Shown in pieces: positions 1-13,210 of a DNA stretch of 64,000 nucleotides (positions are counted from its first letter, which is position 1; every line of letters starts with the position of its first letter). The notes below the pieces were generated by a model, which saw nothing but the letters and a program-made list of their open reading frames with translations, was not told the DNA's origin and did not search any database. The stretch lies in NCBI GenBank assembly GCA_028534125.1, contig CM052817.1:86740001-86804000 (forward strand). Reading direction: 5' to 3'. The position numbers were made by a program, and so were the translations under genes. Origin of the DNA: Lama glama (Eukaryota).

Positions 1-737
1 TAAAAATAAACAAATACTCCAATTTTCTAAAGTAATGGTTGCATATATGGAAGTGATTAGATGAACGGTGCTTAAAAAAAGAAAAAGAAAACAAGGTTTT
101 TGAACAAGAATTATTGTATAATGATATATTATTTAAAGTAAATTAGTTGTCATTTGTGGGAGGAACTGGAAGGACTGGAGACTAAAGAGAAACCGAGGAT
201 TTGTTGAAGAGACATCCAAATATGTGAAAGAAGATATAGTAACGGTTACAACCCATCCATAGTCTCACCTTCATGCATTCAATAACCTGTCTTTCCAGCT
301 CACTTGTATCTTGACTCCAATGATCCTTCAGCTCCACCAGGACTTCCAATGCATTTGGGCTGATCAACTTTGATTTTCTTTAATATTTGATAGCTCTTTG
401 ATATTTTTGCTTTCCAGCTCCCTACCTGGAACCTGTACCAATGCAGGAAAATGTGGCTAGAGAATAACATACCCCAACAATTGCTACCACTTAAAGATAA
501 AGTGAGTGCAGTGAGTCAAAAAAGCCACCATGCAATCATACTGTACTTTACTAGTCTACTGACTCTCCCATCTTCAGCATTTCCTCCAGGTTTTCTTTAT
601 CCTTCACCCCTGAACTTCCTTCCAATCCTCATTCTTTTCCAATAACCTTGCTTTTGAATTCTCTGAGGAAACTGATGTAATCAGAATGAATTTTCCCACA
701 AATTGACAATCTAGTCACATATTTTGCCTTCTTCTTC

Positions 738-870
738 TTTTTTTTTTTTATCCCTTCCCACCCTCTACCCCCCTGGTAACCACAAGTCTGTATTCTCTGT
801 CTATGAGTCTATTTCTGTCCTGTATTTACGCCTTGTTTTTGTTTGTTTGTTTGTTTTTGTTTTTTGATTC
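738..870 (-). mobile_element. Short young L1 3'-UTR fragment (camelid L1)
   Basis: Poly-T followed by atcccttcccaccctctaccc...gtaaccacaagtctgtattctctgtctatgagtctatttctgtcctgtat, nearly identical to 14339-14420. Confidence 0.8.
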
Positions 871-1154
871 ATCTTTTAAGTTACCTGTGTACTTACTAGA
901 TTCCATACCCTTTCTCCATGTCAAGGATGTCATTCCAGTAAGATTCCACTGGTCCTTTGTCTGTGCTTTAAATTTTCTTTTCATACTCAACTGTATAATT
1001 CCCTTCAGCATAAAAAAGTAAATTCCTCCTGTCTTAACTGAACCTCCCTTTCCCAGAATTCCCCCCAATAGCTATGCACCATTTATTGGCTCAACATTGC
1101 AGCAACATTCATCAAAAAGATGTATATGGTCCTTTCTCCTATCCCGCTCCACGT

Positions 1155-1365
1155 ATTTATTTTGTGTTATAATTGATATAAAACTGCACACATTTAAAGA
1201 GTGCAAATAACTGTTTTAACATATGTATACAGCCATGAAACCATCAACACAATGAAGGCAGTGCACATTATTTGATACATCATCGTATCACTTGGTAATC
1301 CCTCTCTCCTTCCCCTTCTACCTCCACACTTGGTCTTGGGCTTCTCTTTGTTGGGAGGTTTTTGA
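1155..1365 (-). mobile_element. Old L1 (L1MB/ME-like) 3' fragment
   Basis: ataattgatataaaactgcacacatttaaag...catgaaaccatcaacacaatgaag resembles a reversed L1M 3' end. Confidence 0.55.
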
Positions 1366-1368
1366 ACT

Positions 1369-1814
1369 TCAACGGACTGGGTCAGTTTTGAACACCATCA
1401 CTGCAGTAGTAACTGAATTGGTAAGAAATAGTACCTGAATATTTAATAAAATTAGACATTCCCTCAGACTATTTGTGAGGTCTTCATAATTTTTAAAATT
1501 GAAGTATAGTCAGTTTACAATGTTGTGTCAATTTCTAGTGTACATAATTTCATTCAATTTGAAAGTAATACAATATGTTTTTTTCCCACATCCAAGTTTA
1601 CGGACTAAAATTCTAAATGTAGCAACATTTTCAACCAAAATAACCAAAAACATGATTTGTCATTTCTGAAGTATTCAGTTATTTTCCATGACCTACTACC
1701 ACATATGTGCTGGAGAAGTCATTTAATAATAGGTTTGCATATTGTTTAAGTCCATATAATTTAGAAGGTAAAGGCATTTTTTATGTGTCTACACCACAGG
1801 TACTGCTGGTATAT
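1369..1814 (-). pseudogene. Exons IYQQYLWCRHIK[fs]MPLPSKLYGLKQYANLLLNDFSSTYVV | VLFLTNSVTTAVMVFKTDPVR*
   Basis: Exon 1814-1697 (ttcctgcctgtag| ... GTA|gtaggt) is 118 nt = 39 codons + 1 extra A in an A6 run at 1782-1777. The exon from 1434 has a ctaat branch point and ttcag| acceptor. Confidence 0.5.
1489..1552 (-). mobile_element. L1 3' terminal fragment (artiodactyl/camelid type)
   Basis: attgaagtatagtcagtttacaatgttgtgtcaatttctagtgtaca is the reverse complement of the L1 tail also seen at 36690-36730. Confidence 0.7.
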
Positions 1815-3216
1815 CTACAGGCAGGAATTTATTTTATTTTTTTACAAAGCGTTTATTTTTCATGTTAGTTTAGGCTAAATATCTCCTGCCTCTCTTCCTC
1901 ATCTTTCTTTCACTATGCTAAATGCATTATTGAGGAATAGTGTTCTAAATATTCTCTTCTCTATTCATAAATAACAAAATGAAAATGTGCCCTTTATAAA
2001 TTTTAGCTGATTATATTAAAAAGGGCAAATAGTAATTCTCCATCTTTCAGACTATAAAAATGTGACTAAAGCATTATGAAACATTTTTCATCAACTTCCA
2101 GTAACTTAGTAGTTCTCTTTTTGATAACGAATAAAATACAATCTTGTAGACGTTTGTGTTAAAAAGAGGCGTGTGAGAGAGCATACGTATGCGTGTGCAA
2201 TTACACATACAAATTAGACTTCAGAATAGTAGTGGTGCTTTGAGAGCTGGCCTGGAAAACAAATAAATGGAGCCTGCTTTCCACTTAACTGCTGAGTGCA
2301 CCAGGCATTTATCAAGACACACTCACTAATTTTAGAGTTAAATCAAACAATCTTTTCAAATTACCATGAACTTTAAAAATCTATAGAAGTAATTCTTCTT
2401 TATTTAATCAAACTAAAAAAAACACAAGTTTCCTTGAGACACAGTATGAGAAACCATCATTCAATTAATAACTCTGGAAAAGTGTGTGGTATCTTAATAG
2501 AACTAATTTATTAAAATCCTTATAAATAATAACATACATAAACGTCACAAACACATAAATCTGATACAAACAATAAAATCTGTATTTTTGCCATTGACTT
2601 CTTTTCATTTATGTTAATTCTCAATGCCTTTTTATAATTCATAACTGAAATATCCTTTAAGCTAAATTCTTGTGAATCTCAAAACTTAGTCCATTAAGGT
2701 TTATAAGGATATATCATCGGGTTTTTAAGGCTTTCTGTGTATACTAAAATTGAATTGTTATGTAGTACTTAATATCTTGGAATAACATTCTTCCTAAAAT
2801 TTATACAGAAAGCAAGAACACTGGTTTATACAATTTTTCTAATCACCATGTCCCTAAATACTAGTAGTTTATTTGGTTATTTTTTCCCCTGCTTTAGTCA
2901 TGAATAAACTCTTTACTTTGATGCTTATCAGAAAGAGAGTGGGGTGTGTAATTTACTGCCTAAACTCCACACTTTTGTCTTGAAAGGAGCTGCAAATTGT
3001 CTACCTTGTTAAATTTATATTCTTTCTAAAACGATTAAAAGCTCTGTAGCCAGACGCAGTTAAAGGCAATTTTTAAAATATTCTTAATGATTAAACATAA
3101 GATCTGCACAATACACATTACATATGTTTAAGGTGAAAATATAATTTACCGTCAACTAGGGACAATTTTGAGGGTGCAACAGGATATTAATGATTACAGC
3201 AACAAATGTTCCTTAC

Positions 3217-4055
3217 TACAGCATGTCTTGGACAAGATGGATGTATGGGCAAACCATAAATTTCAGTTTTTTCATTCATATCTGCTTCTAATACTTTATC
3301 ACTATCACTGATATTTTCCCACAAAATCCTTTTATTTAAAGAAAATTGACCTATTTGGCTAATTTTATAAAAATATATTTTTATAAAATTTTTCCTATAT
3401 ATTTTATAATACATTTGAAATTTTGGATCTCTTGATTTGACTACTTTCTATATATGCAACATTTTTACATGAGGAATACTGACTGCCAGGGCTGAGGAAG
3501 CTGGCGAGCTCAGCTGCAGTTCTGTGTAACTGGATCCTCCCAGTTCTATTTTTCCTTATTAAAACATACAAACACATAAGCCCAAATAGTTTTATCAGTA
3601 GTTTTGGTTTCCACTATCACTACTTTACTTCTACAAATACTATACAAAACAAAGCTCACTAAATATTTTGTTTCCCTTTTGTGTTCTTTTGACTGCTTCC
3701 CCAAATTAAGATTCTACACAATCACAGGCTTTCCCATTTTCATTTTCTTTCAGAAAAAAAAGTATAAATATATCCCATTTAAATAATAATCAAATCCAAA
3801 AATGTCTTGACTCAGCTTGAGTTATTTCAAATCACAATTCTAGAATTTCAAAGTTTAACCTAATATACAAGCTCTTTGATTTAATTATCCAGTTACTAAA
3901 TTGAGTAAACTAACCTTGATTTTCTACTTTGCTTTTACTGGGATAAATGTTACTGTCCTTCGATATCCAAGTTTTATTTTAAACATCTTCAATTTGACAA
4001 CCTGGGGTTTTTGAGGCTTCATGTGTTAAATAACTTGATAAAATATTTCTGAGGC
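3217..4055 (-). pseudogene. Exons xLRNILSSYLTHEASKTPGCQIEDV*NKTWISKDSNIYPSKSKVENQ | ESSQIKRSKISN | DFV[fs]ENISDSDKVLEADMNEKTEIYGLPIHPSCPRHAV
   Basis: Exons 4055-3915 (AAG|gttagt, single TAA at 3981-3979), 3447-3413 and 3328-3217 (GTA|gtaagg). One extra base near 3314-3320 must be removed to keep frame. Confidence 0.55.
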
Positions 4056-5498
4056 CTGATTTTAACAACATATAACAGCATACAGAAAACTCATTAACAG
4101 AAAAAGTTAAATAACATTGTAGAAAACTTAGGTTGATTTACCAAGTAATTCTTTAAATGCACAAATATTTCTAAAGTCAAACTGATATAGGATAGCAAAG
4201 AGAGAACTGTATACTGTTATTTAGAGTATTAAAAAATAAATATCAGTATTTTTGAAATTTAGTTTGGTAGTTCAACTGTGAAGACAAAAATAATTGTGAA
4301 GTTGTCAAGGACAACTTATTTGTCCTATATTGCCACTTTTTTTTAGTTGCAGTAATACATTATGTACATAACACAACCAATTCCAAATGCATTTATTTGT
4401 TACAAGTTTCATAATGTGGTAGGAGCACTGCTTTTATTACAATACTGTGCGCCATCAAAACTGACTTCTTATTGGCAGCATCTGATAACACTGAAATAAT
4501 TTAACAGTGATGATTTTCTTACTAATGGAGTTAACACATTAGATATTATTGTGAATTTTGTACATTCACAGAAATACTGGGAAACAATAATTAGCCAAAT
4601 TAATTTAGGAGAGTAACCCTTTGACGTAAATTATAGTCATATCTCTGCTTTCACCTCCAAATGACAGAATCAGAAATCAAGAGTCTGTATAATTAAAACA
4701 TCCATCTCAAATTCAGCATTTTGAGTTCCCAAATTGCAGTTTCTCCTAAGAAAATATTTTCTCAGCAACTTTTATCCTTGTTATTTTTCAGCACTTAGCT
4801 TCTGCACCGTTAGACTGGATATTTTCCTTGCATCTTCATATTATCTTTTCCCTCAAGACCACTAACAACTCCCGGAAATGATTAATGCAAAAATTGACTT
4901 GAACAGAGACCTCCTTAGAGCCCTCTGATGTGGGTGAAAGTGCATCTTCTGTCACCTTCTGGGCAACAACAGCTTTTAATTTTCATGGTCTAAAAGATAA
5001 ATAAAAACATGTAACTGTCTAGGTTCAGAAAGTTATCTTCCTTTTATTCCCTGGTGAGTTAGAAGATTTAGCTGCCCCATGTCTTGGGACACTAAATTGG
5101 CACCGGAAGTTTAGGTAGGGGTTTGGAAACCAGACAGTAGACTATGGCCAGCTTTCAATAGCCCCAGGGTACCTGGAGGGAGAAATCTGAACTCGGTAAT
5201 TGACACAGAACAAGAATATCCATATGGAATGTAGTCTCCAGTCCAGAAAGTAAAAATGCAGTGGGCTGGTGTTTTGGGGCTCTTCACTCCCAAGAGGCTG
5301 TTAAGATCAACTAATTTTTAGCACAATTCCATGAGGAATCAGAACTCTACTAAGATCTGGCAGACACTCCTTATTACTTTTCATCTCATACAGCCTTTGC
5401 ATTTCTTGTTTGTTGTTTCAATAAGAAACCAAGTTTAAAGCAATCTTAAGTTGGACCGGTCACCTGACTAATCCCCAAATATAAGCCAGACTTTTATA

Positions 5499-5978
5499 TG
5501 GATCTTTCGGGACTTACAATGGGGTTATATCCTGATAAACTCATCGTAAGTTGAAAATATCATTAAGTCAAAAATACAGTTAATATATGTAACCTGCCTT
5601 AAGTGTGCTCAGAACATGTTAGCCAACAGTTGGGCAAAATCATCTAACACAAAACCTATTTTATAATAAAGTGCTGAATAGCTCATGTAATGTAATGAAT
5701 ACTGCACTGAAAGTGAAAAATAGAATGGCTGTCTGGGTGCAGTGTACTGGTTGTTTACGCTTGTGATCACTTGGTTAACTGGGACCTGTGGCTTGTTGCC
5801 ACTGCCCAGCATCATGAGAGAGAGAGAGAGAGGGAGGGAGTGTCCCATACAGCTTATCACTAAGCCCTAAAAGATCAAAATTCAAAATCTGAAGCACAGC
5901 ATCTACTGGACGTATACTGCTTTCACACCATCATAAAGTCAAAAAAATCTTGCTGAACCATCGTAAATCGTGTATCTA
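5499..5978 (+). mobile_element. Tigger5-derived non-autonomous DNA transposon (MER47/Tigger5b-like)
   Basis: gacttacaatggggttatatcctgataaactcatcgtaagttgaaaat...acagttgggcaaaatcatctaacacaaa...gaaccatcgtaa matches the recalled MER47 consensus; degenerate TIRs. Confidence 0.85.
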
Positions 5979-7210
5979 TATGTCTGGCTCTTTTGACTGT
6001 GACTTGAAGGTTTTGAACTCAGAAGAGGCACATTACAAACTCTGTTAGACTTGTCTGAAGTGGCAGAACTGTCTCTTTCTCATACAGAGAGTAGTTAACA
6101 ATCACATCACCCCTGTTTTAAACCCCTTTTGTTGTGTTAACTGTACTTCTAGATAATCTTCCCTGGATCTTCTTCTTCATTGAGGGTTTAATTCTCTCCT
6201 TTTCAGCTATAGCTAATATATCGAACTCTTTCAAAAATAAAGTTTCAAATAACATATAAATACATGTGAAACACTCTAAATCATAAATGTACAGATCAAT
6301 GAATTTCACAAAGCGTTAAGAAGCATCCAGATTACAAATAGAAAATTAGTAGCAGTGCCGAAGTCCCCCTATCTTCATCTCCCAGGTGTGTTTAACCCAA
6401 ATGCCATCAATTGCTCCCTTGACTTTTAACAGAAAAATACTTTGCCTGGTTATGAACATTATGTAAACAGATTCATGTGTACTTTTTCCACTTCATGGAA
6501 TAATGAAGTAGCTTCTACTCAGGAATACAGTTATTGTATCCAGAAAAGGAGAAAATGTATGTAGATATAAAGCAAACATGAGAGCACTCCAGGTAACAGC
6601 ATTATAACCAATGTAGTTAAATGCAAGGGTTCCCCCATTAAGTGAAGGGACACTTGGTACTACAGTTAGTATCTCATTGTACAAACAAGATAAAAGGAGA
6701 TGAAAATCCATGTGAGCTCATTTATTAGATAATCTTCTATAGGTGAACATTAATTTTCATGGTTTTGTTTTAAACAAATCATTCATTATTAGGATAGTAA
6801 CATTTATTAACATTTTCAAAATGCATTACAGAACTTAGAAAGGAACTGTGTAACTGCACATTACATACAGTTTTTCCAAAAGGCCTTTTTAAGACTTTTA
6901 GTTGTTAAAAAAAAATAGTTCCAGAAAGTCCTATTTTGGAAATTCTAAAACAAAAATCACAGTATTTGACATTGTAAATGACTTTTAAAGGGCAGAAAAC
7001 TTAATAGCCCTCTTTGATAGAGTCTATAGTTCACATTACAAAACATCAAGGAGATGACCAAGTTAGCCTTGGTTCTCAAGGTCCCTCTGTTTGTTTGTTT
7101 TTATATTCCCTTCTACTTTCTTATTATACTTGAGTTCAAATAGTGAGTTTCAGAGCAACACAATAGTGTACATATCCTCAATTTAATATATTTAAGAAGT
7201 CATTACTTAC

Positions 7211-7849
7211 AGTTTTTTCCCTTGTTCTGAAAATGTTGAAATAACCCCAAAAGCTAAGGGGTTATAAAGATCACTTATTTTGCTATGTCTCAATCTGTCT
7301 GATTATAAGGTGAGAACAATGTGTCCCATCTACTGTGGTCTTTGGGATTTTAAGACATAATGAGTGCAAAAAGTTTCTAAGGACTTTACAAGAAAGCAGG
7401 GACATAAATAGTATTAATAACATGTCTGCTAGATGGCAACGGGAAATGTGTGAAACAGTATCTCCAAATATCAAAAAAAGTCAAAACATACACTTTTATC
7501 ATCTCTTAGCACTACTTCTAAGAAGATCAAAGACCTTCTCCTTTGTGTAATAATCTTTGAAAGCTATTTAGCTCAAATTTTTTTAAAAAGCCGAAATAAT
7601 GGGGAAAAAAAAGTTTGTAGCATTAATAAAAAAATATAAAAGTTTAACACAGACCTATAGAATAATATCAGATAACATGGTAACTAATGCTTAAAAAAAA
7701 CCAAACTACCAAACTCTTTGAATCAGGATGAAAATGGAATATATTTGTCTGTCATCTATAAAAATTCGTGTCATTTTAGAAGTCGGCAAAGTAGCTGGAT
7801 AAGTACACAAATGGTCTTTCATTCTATCTTCTTTAAGAAGGTGTGTGAT
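7211..7849 (-). pseudogene. Exons ITHLLKEDRMKDHLCTYPATLPTSKMTRIFIDDRQIYSIFILIQRV(C) | FWGYFNIFRTREKT
   Basis: Exon 7849-7710 follows a polypyrimidine acceptor (tctttccattttgaag|). Exon 7253-7211 has ccccttag| and ACT|gtaagt. The phases match. Confidence 0.55.
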
Positions 7850-8269
7850 CTTCAAAATGGAAAGAACAAAAGAAGATACGGAGAACATAACCCAAGTCAA
7901 GAAATCACGCCGCCCTGAATGAATTCAAATCTACAGGCCTGAGGGAGTAAGAGGAGCCATTGGCAGCTACCCGCCAAACCAGATTTGACAGTCTTTAAGC
8001 AACAATGGGGAAAGAAAGACTTTTCTGAAAACTGAAAATCACTGTAGAAAAGAATACTCTGACTTGGCTTAAGATAGAATACCAAGAGGGTGATTTTGAA
8101 TTTCTTGTAACAGAAGTAACTCTTAAGAAGTTACAGCCTTTTCGGACCTGGAATACATACTAGAGTCCATCTGTCTCAACACAATAATGTTACAGATTGT
8201 AAAATCAAAGTGCTGAAGTTTTAGGGATTTTTCTACAACTTTTGCAAATGACACTATATTATCGTACTG

Positions 8270-8340
8270 GAAATTGAGCAAGCCATGTAAACTTCTCATG
8301 CCTCAGTTTCTTCATATATAAAATGAGAGTAAATAAGGCT
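8270..8340 (+). mobile_element. MIR fragment
   Basis: MIR core tgcctcagtttcttcatatataaaatgag. Confidence 0.7.
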
Positions 8341-9034
8341 GATGCTAAAAATAAACAAACAAACAAGAAAACAAGGCTGATGCTTAAAATTTCCCAAGCC
8401 AAATCTAAAATTTATACATTCTAGTACAATATTTGAGATTCTCTTTACACCTGAAAAAACTAAACCTATGTCTATATGACTCCAGTATCATACATCCATT
8501 TATTTGTCATTTTCCACTTTTATATGCACACTGAAAAAAAAAACATATGGTGAGTGTGGATTTTATTCAGTAGCCCCCACGGTCTTTTATGTCTTTCCAC
8601 ATGGAAACCTAAATCCTTCCACGTTTCTTGTCCTTGGAGCAATAATAACCTCAAGGTCCTCTTTTCTTTCCATCCCACGCTTTTTCTGCTAAAGTTTCCT
8701 CTTCCTCTAAAATCTGCCCAGACTCCCTTCCCAATTCTCTTTGCTTGAACTTTTATTTCTTATTTTATTCCTCTGGTGGTCTTGACAGCGTTCCTTAAAA
8801 CAGTCTACTACAGAAGTTGCAAGTAGCTGTCATTAACATTCATTTACATAGGGTGTCTGACAGCAGTGCTGGCTGATTTTCTCACTGGGTTCCTGAAAAC
8901 ACCTGAGACCTACTAGGAAACAATCTTGCATCTCATAAATAGAAGATGTGGCAGACAGCTGCGGGGCTGGAAGGTAGGGAGACACTAGAGCATAGCGATT
9001 TTTTTTTAACCATAGAATCACTAGGTGATCTTTA

Positions 9035-9165
9035 ATAAAATCACTGTGACCAAGCCGCTCTCTATACCAATTAAATCAGAATTTCTGGAGGTAGGACCCT
9101 GGCATCCATATCTGAAAAGCTCTGCAGAAGATTCCATGTACAGTCAAGATCAAAAACTACTGTTT
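9035..9165. mobile_element. MER5A-like hAT-Charlie fragment
   Basis: aattaaatcagaatttctggaggtaggaccctggcatc...aagctctgcagaagattcc. Confidence 0.6.
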
Positions 9166-9937
9166 AGAACAAATATCCCTTGAGATTTTCAGCTCCTTCA
9201 AGGCAAGAAAGGTTAGAAACAGAGTCTCTCTAGGACTTGGTGGAAGTCATTGTTGCATAAGAGGAGACACAAGGCCAAATAAGAGGAAAAAAAAAGCTAT
9301 CTGATTAGTCTACCAATAGCTCAGATTATATATAAGCGATATTAACAGCAGATTTACAGAGCACTGGATTTTTTTTAAAAAGAAAGACTATTTCTTTTCA
9401 GCAAGCAAACCAACAGGAATGATCTCTTACTTCTAGCATCTTAACTCACACAAGTTAGGCAAGGAATCTCAGAAATAAACCATAACTAAAAAGAAAAATC
9501 AAACTGATGAGATACAGCACACTTCCTAAACAACACTTAATCTTTAAGAATCGTGACAAGACAGTGTACTTTTTCGTGATTAAAATATTATATTGTAAAA
9601 TAAAAATGCTAGAGAGGTTTTATATTTCTTTGCTTCTCCAGTTAAATTACCATTTACTGTTTATAAATAAATACCTCTTCTCCATTACTTCAGAAAATTC
9701 TATAGGATAGAATTACTCTGGACGGTAACAATGATTTTAAATATCTTCAATGGCTCTCCAAAGTGAATATTAATTATGTCACACAATCTATATTATTTAA
9801 ACCCAGACAGTTGAAACATGACAGGTGAAAAATCTATCCACGGATTTTGTGTGATGATTTAACAAGTCAATATGCAAAGTTAATTGTATTTAGTTTCTTT
9901 TTTGGAGGTCTTATTCTGTGACTACATAATTGCTTAC

Positions 9938-10043
9938 CATTTCTGACTGCTCTTCTCAGGCCTTTTTAGGAAACCTCCAATAAATATCATGTATTTATTC
10001 AAATACAAGAAGAAAATTGCATCATCTTCACTGAAAAGATGGG
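9938..10043 (-). pseudogene. Exon xHLFSEDDAIFFLYLNKYMIFIGGFLKRPEKSSQK
   Basis: Acceptor tttcaatttggtag|, strong donor ATG|gtaagc, 34 open codons in AT-rich DNA. Confidence 0.6.
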
Positions 10044-11286
10044 CTACCAAATTGAAATGGACATATATGTAGATCTCATTTGACAAACTTTTCATTTAAT
10101 TAAATTCAGAACATCCATGTCCACAATGTTCTTTTAAGTATGGGTTGCTGGCAGGAGTGGAAAGCATTTTGCCTAACAGAACCATATACTTTGAGATATT
10201 TGTTAAAATCTGTTTCTCTGTGCATTGAAACATCTTTGGAAACACTTGTCCATGCTGAGCTGGGAACCTTTACTGCTTCCTTACAGATCTCCCCTTATTC
10301 TACTATAGTTTTTGTTGAAGCTTTTATAGAATTGCAAGAAACTATAAATCATGTACTTCTTGAAACATAATTTGATGTTATTCTGCGATCTCATTTTTAT
10401 TGCTTTACGTTGTCACCGATTTTCATCCCCATCTAATCTTAAGTAGCTGGAAGTTTTTAAACCATCTCTTTTACTACTGCATTTTCGAAATATACAAAGC
10501 ATTAGATAGAGCTCAGTATAAAATATTGCTGTCTAGAAACAAGAGGGCAAGATTTGTGAGAAAATAAGCTTTTAAACCACTTCAGTTTTAGTTATACAAT
10601 GTGGGAGACTGGAGCAAATGAGTAATAAAAGGCAGAACAACTGAGTCTCCTAGGGTGCTAAATTAAGAATTTATAGTCTGAATGATGTCTCTGTAACCTC
10701 ATTCAATTTTCTATTATTGCCAATCTTAAACAATTATGAACACAGATGACATGGCAATTTTCACTTATACATCTGCAACGGTGATAAATATAACATGCAA
10801 AATTCATTTTGATAGCAGTGTTAATTGGGCTAATGTTCTCAAAACAAAGAAAAAATAATTTTTAAAAAAGCAACATTTTGAGCAAGTAAAACTGGCTTGA
10901 AGAGCTAATATATTTTTATTTTACAACAGATGGGGTATTTACTATTTTAAGATGGTTAGTAACTGCAGACGACATTCACATAAACATTACAAATGTGCTG
11001 CGAAATAGGTGATGCTTCTGGAGTTACAATATAAAAAATTATAAAACAAAACAGATTAGAATTTAGGTTTTTTTGCAATGGTACACAATAAAAACAGTTC
11101 ATTAAAAAAAATACTAACTATTGACAGATGGGTGATCCAATGTTTTCCCTACCAAAAGAACTTTAGTGTTGCTATGCTTTCTAAGAATTAGCCTTCAAAT
11201 CCATATAAAATTATATCTGTTTAAAAGTATATCAGAATAATGGAGTGCAGTAATATATCTAAGTCATATAAGACAGTGATGATTAC

Positions 11287-12487
11287 AGGGGTAGATTCTC
11301 CGTTCCGTGCAGTGTTTTCTTTTTTATCCTACCAATAAATAACATAAGCTTCAAGTGATATACTACATCAGCTTATTGGCTTAAGGAATCAGATAAATTT
11401 GGGGAAAATAATTAGTTCCCTGAATTAGATTAAGCTACCAGTCTTTAGTTGCTTTTTTCAGTTTTGCTTATACCTAGAAAGAGGTTGCCTTTTGCTTTTT
11501 AATGGAACCTCTATCTGAGCAAAACCGAAGCGCTATTTGTGTTAAAATACGGTAGATTAGACTCTTCACACGGGAAATCACATTAAAAGAAAATGTATTA
11601 CCCTTGCGTTAGTATATTCCACTAAGAAATAAATATAGGTTACAAAGGTAATAAAGTCATGGATATTTTTTAGTGCATTTTTATGATATTCCTTTGGTGA
11701 ATAATTATGCCTTAATATAACTTAGATTTTTTTTTTCCCCAGTGTTTGAAATGTTTGGCCTGTAATTATTTTGGAGGATATCAATGGAATATAAGGCAAA
11801 AATCTTAAATATAAGAAATGAAATATCTAAAAGAAAAGGAAGGCATTGGAATTGAATTGGAATAATTAGAATGTTTTTGTATAAATTTACACTATCTTAA
11901 TTCAACTCATTTTTCCAATTTCAAGAATGGAGACTAGATTAAAACTTAGAGTGTGTACTATTAAATACATTCCTCTACAGCTAAAATGTATTAGATGCAT
12001 CTCAATTTTAAAATGTAATAATTTAGGGCCACCAAATATTGTAAGTACATATATAAAATCAGATATTCTAGTATTTTTATCTGGTAAATAATTTATTTTA
12101 TATACAAATAGGTAATCAATAAGGTGGGTGAAATTGAAGAATTTAATATTCTTTTGAATCACGCTATTTAGTAAATCAAATACTGTCATTTTATAAAACA
12201 CAGCATATAAAAAAGCCATGTTAAATATATTTATTTTATTGAAAAAAGTTATTTTATTCATTAAATAACTTTTTAAATAGAAGCAAAAATATTGGCACAT
12301 TGAATAGGTTTCTACATAAAATGCCACATCTTTATAGTATCTAATTCAATTCACACATAAGCCATTACTCTATCTAAAGAGACAAAAGATAAAAAATCTT
12401 TATAAATTAGCCTGTAAGTTGCTACTAGGAAATATAGGCTCTGAACTTTCTCAAGGATAAATGTTCTTAGCCTGGGAACTTCACCTT
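11287..12487 (-). pseudogene. Three in-phase exons: EGEVPRLRTFILEKVQSLYFLVATYRLIYKDFLSFVSLDR | RFGFAQIEVPLKSKRQPLS(R) | IKKKTLHGTENLP(L)
   Basis: Exons 12487-12369 (119 nt), 11532-11474 (59 nt) and 11328-11287 (42 nt) are each AG/GT bounded and stop-free. They join in phase without correction and continue in phase into the exon at 10476 (SKRDGLKTSSYLRLDGDENR*). Confidence 0.6.
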
Positions 12488-13114
12488 CTACAAACACGTT
12501 ATTAAATTTTAGTTCACAGAACAGAAACCCACAAACTTATTTTAAAAGCCTGCAAAGAAAGATAAGGCAAGGTCAGCTGTGTAACTCTTTACTCCTGATA
12601 TACTTAAAGCATTTTCTGTAATATTTTAAACTTAACTTAGATACAGAATGTTTTCCTATTCCAAGAATGGAACCCAAGATATGTGTGTAGGAGAGAGAAA
12701 AATGGGATAATATACTAAAACATGTTTTGCTTAATTTATATAATTTTATTTCTATATACATCAATATAAAAAAATTTTCCAATAACCTATACTTTAAAAA
12801 GTCAAAAATTCAAAGCTATATTTAAAAGTGAGTGCAAACGCCAACACTGAGGTAAAAGAGACTTTTAAATTTTAAACAAGTGTAGAATATAATTAGGAAG
12901 ATAAAATATTAAATTACAAGTCTTTCATAATATTTTTGAGAGATTTTCTTATGTCTTCATCTTCCATGTCAAAAAAGACATGACTTTAAGTTTTTCGTTA
13001 GGATTTACAGTTTTTGACAAAGTTATCTCTGTAGGTTTTCCCTTTTATTTTCTCTATAAGAGAGTATGATAATCTGCATGCATTGGAGACGTATCAGATC
13101 TAACCTGTCCATCT

Positions 13115-13210
13115 ATATACACACAAACTTATCTACATATAAGTATTATACATATACACACATGTACATATATATATGTAGACACAATTATATATATGTA
13201 TACATGTGAC
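13115..13210. repeat. Degenerate (TA/CA)n low-complexity tract
   Basis: tatacatatacacacatgtacatatatatatgtag... Confidence 0.7.

Noticed and set aside
268..432. Minus-strand segment with a good acceptor and AAG|gtgaga donor
   Set aside because: No frame is open from acceptor to donor, and the surroundings look like degenerate L2; it cannot be linked to the exon chain.
2181..2192. 12-bp perfect palindrome GCATACGTATGC
   Set aside because: Palindromes of this length occur by chance in 64 kb; no supporting context.
7710..10043. Faint recalled resemblance of LFSEDDAIFF and TLPTSKMTRIFIDD to the N-terminal region of SHOC1/C9orf84
   Set aside because: A few residues compared from memory; the other exons do not fit. 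No gene symbol assigned without a profile search.
11902..12327. 141-aa minus-strand ORF
   Set aside because: F/I/L/N/K/Y-biased product of extremely AT-rich sequence lying in a predicted intron; no recognisable motif.
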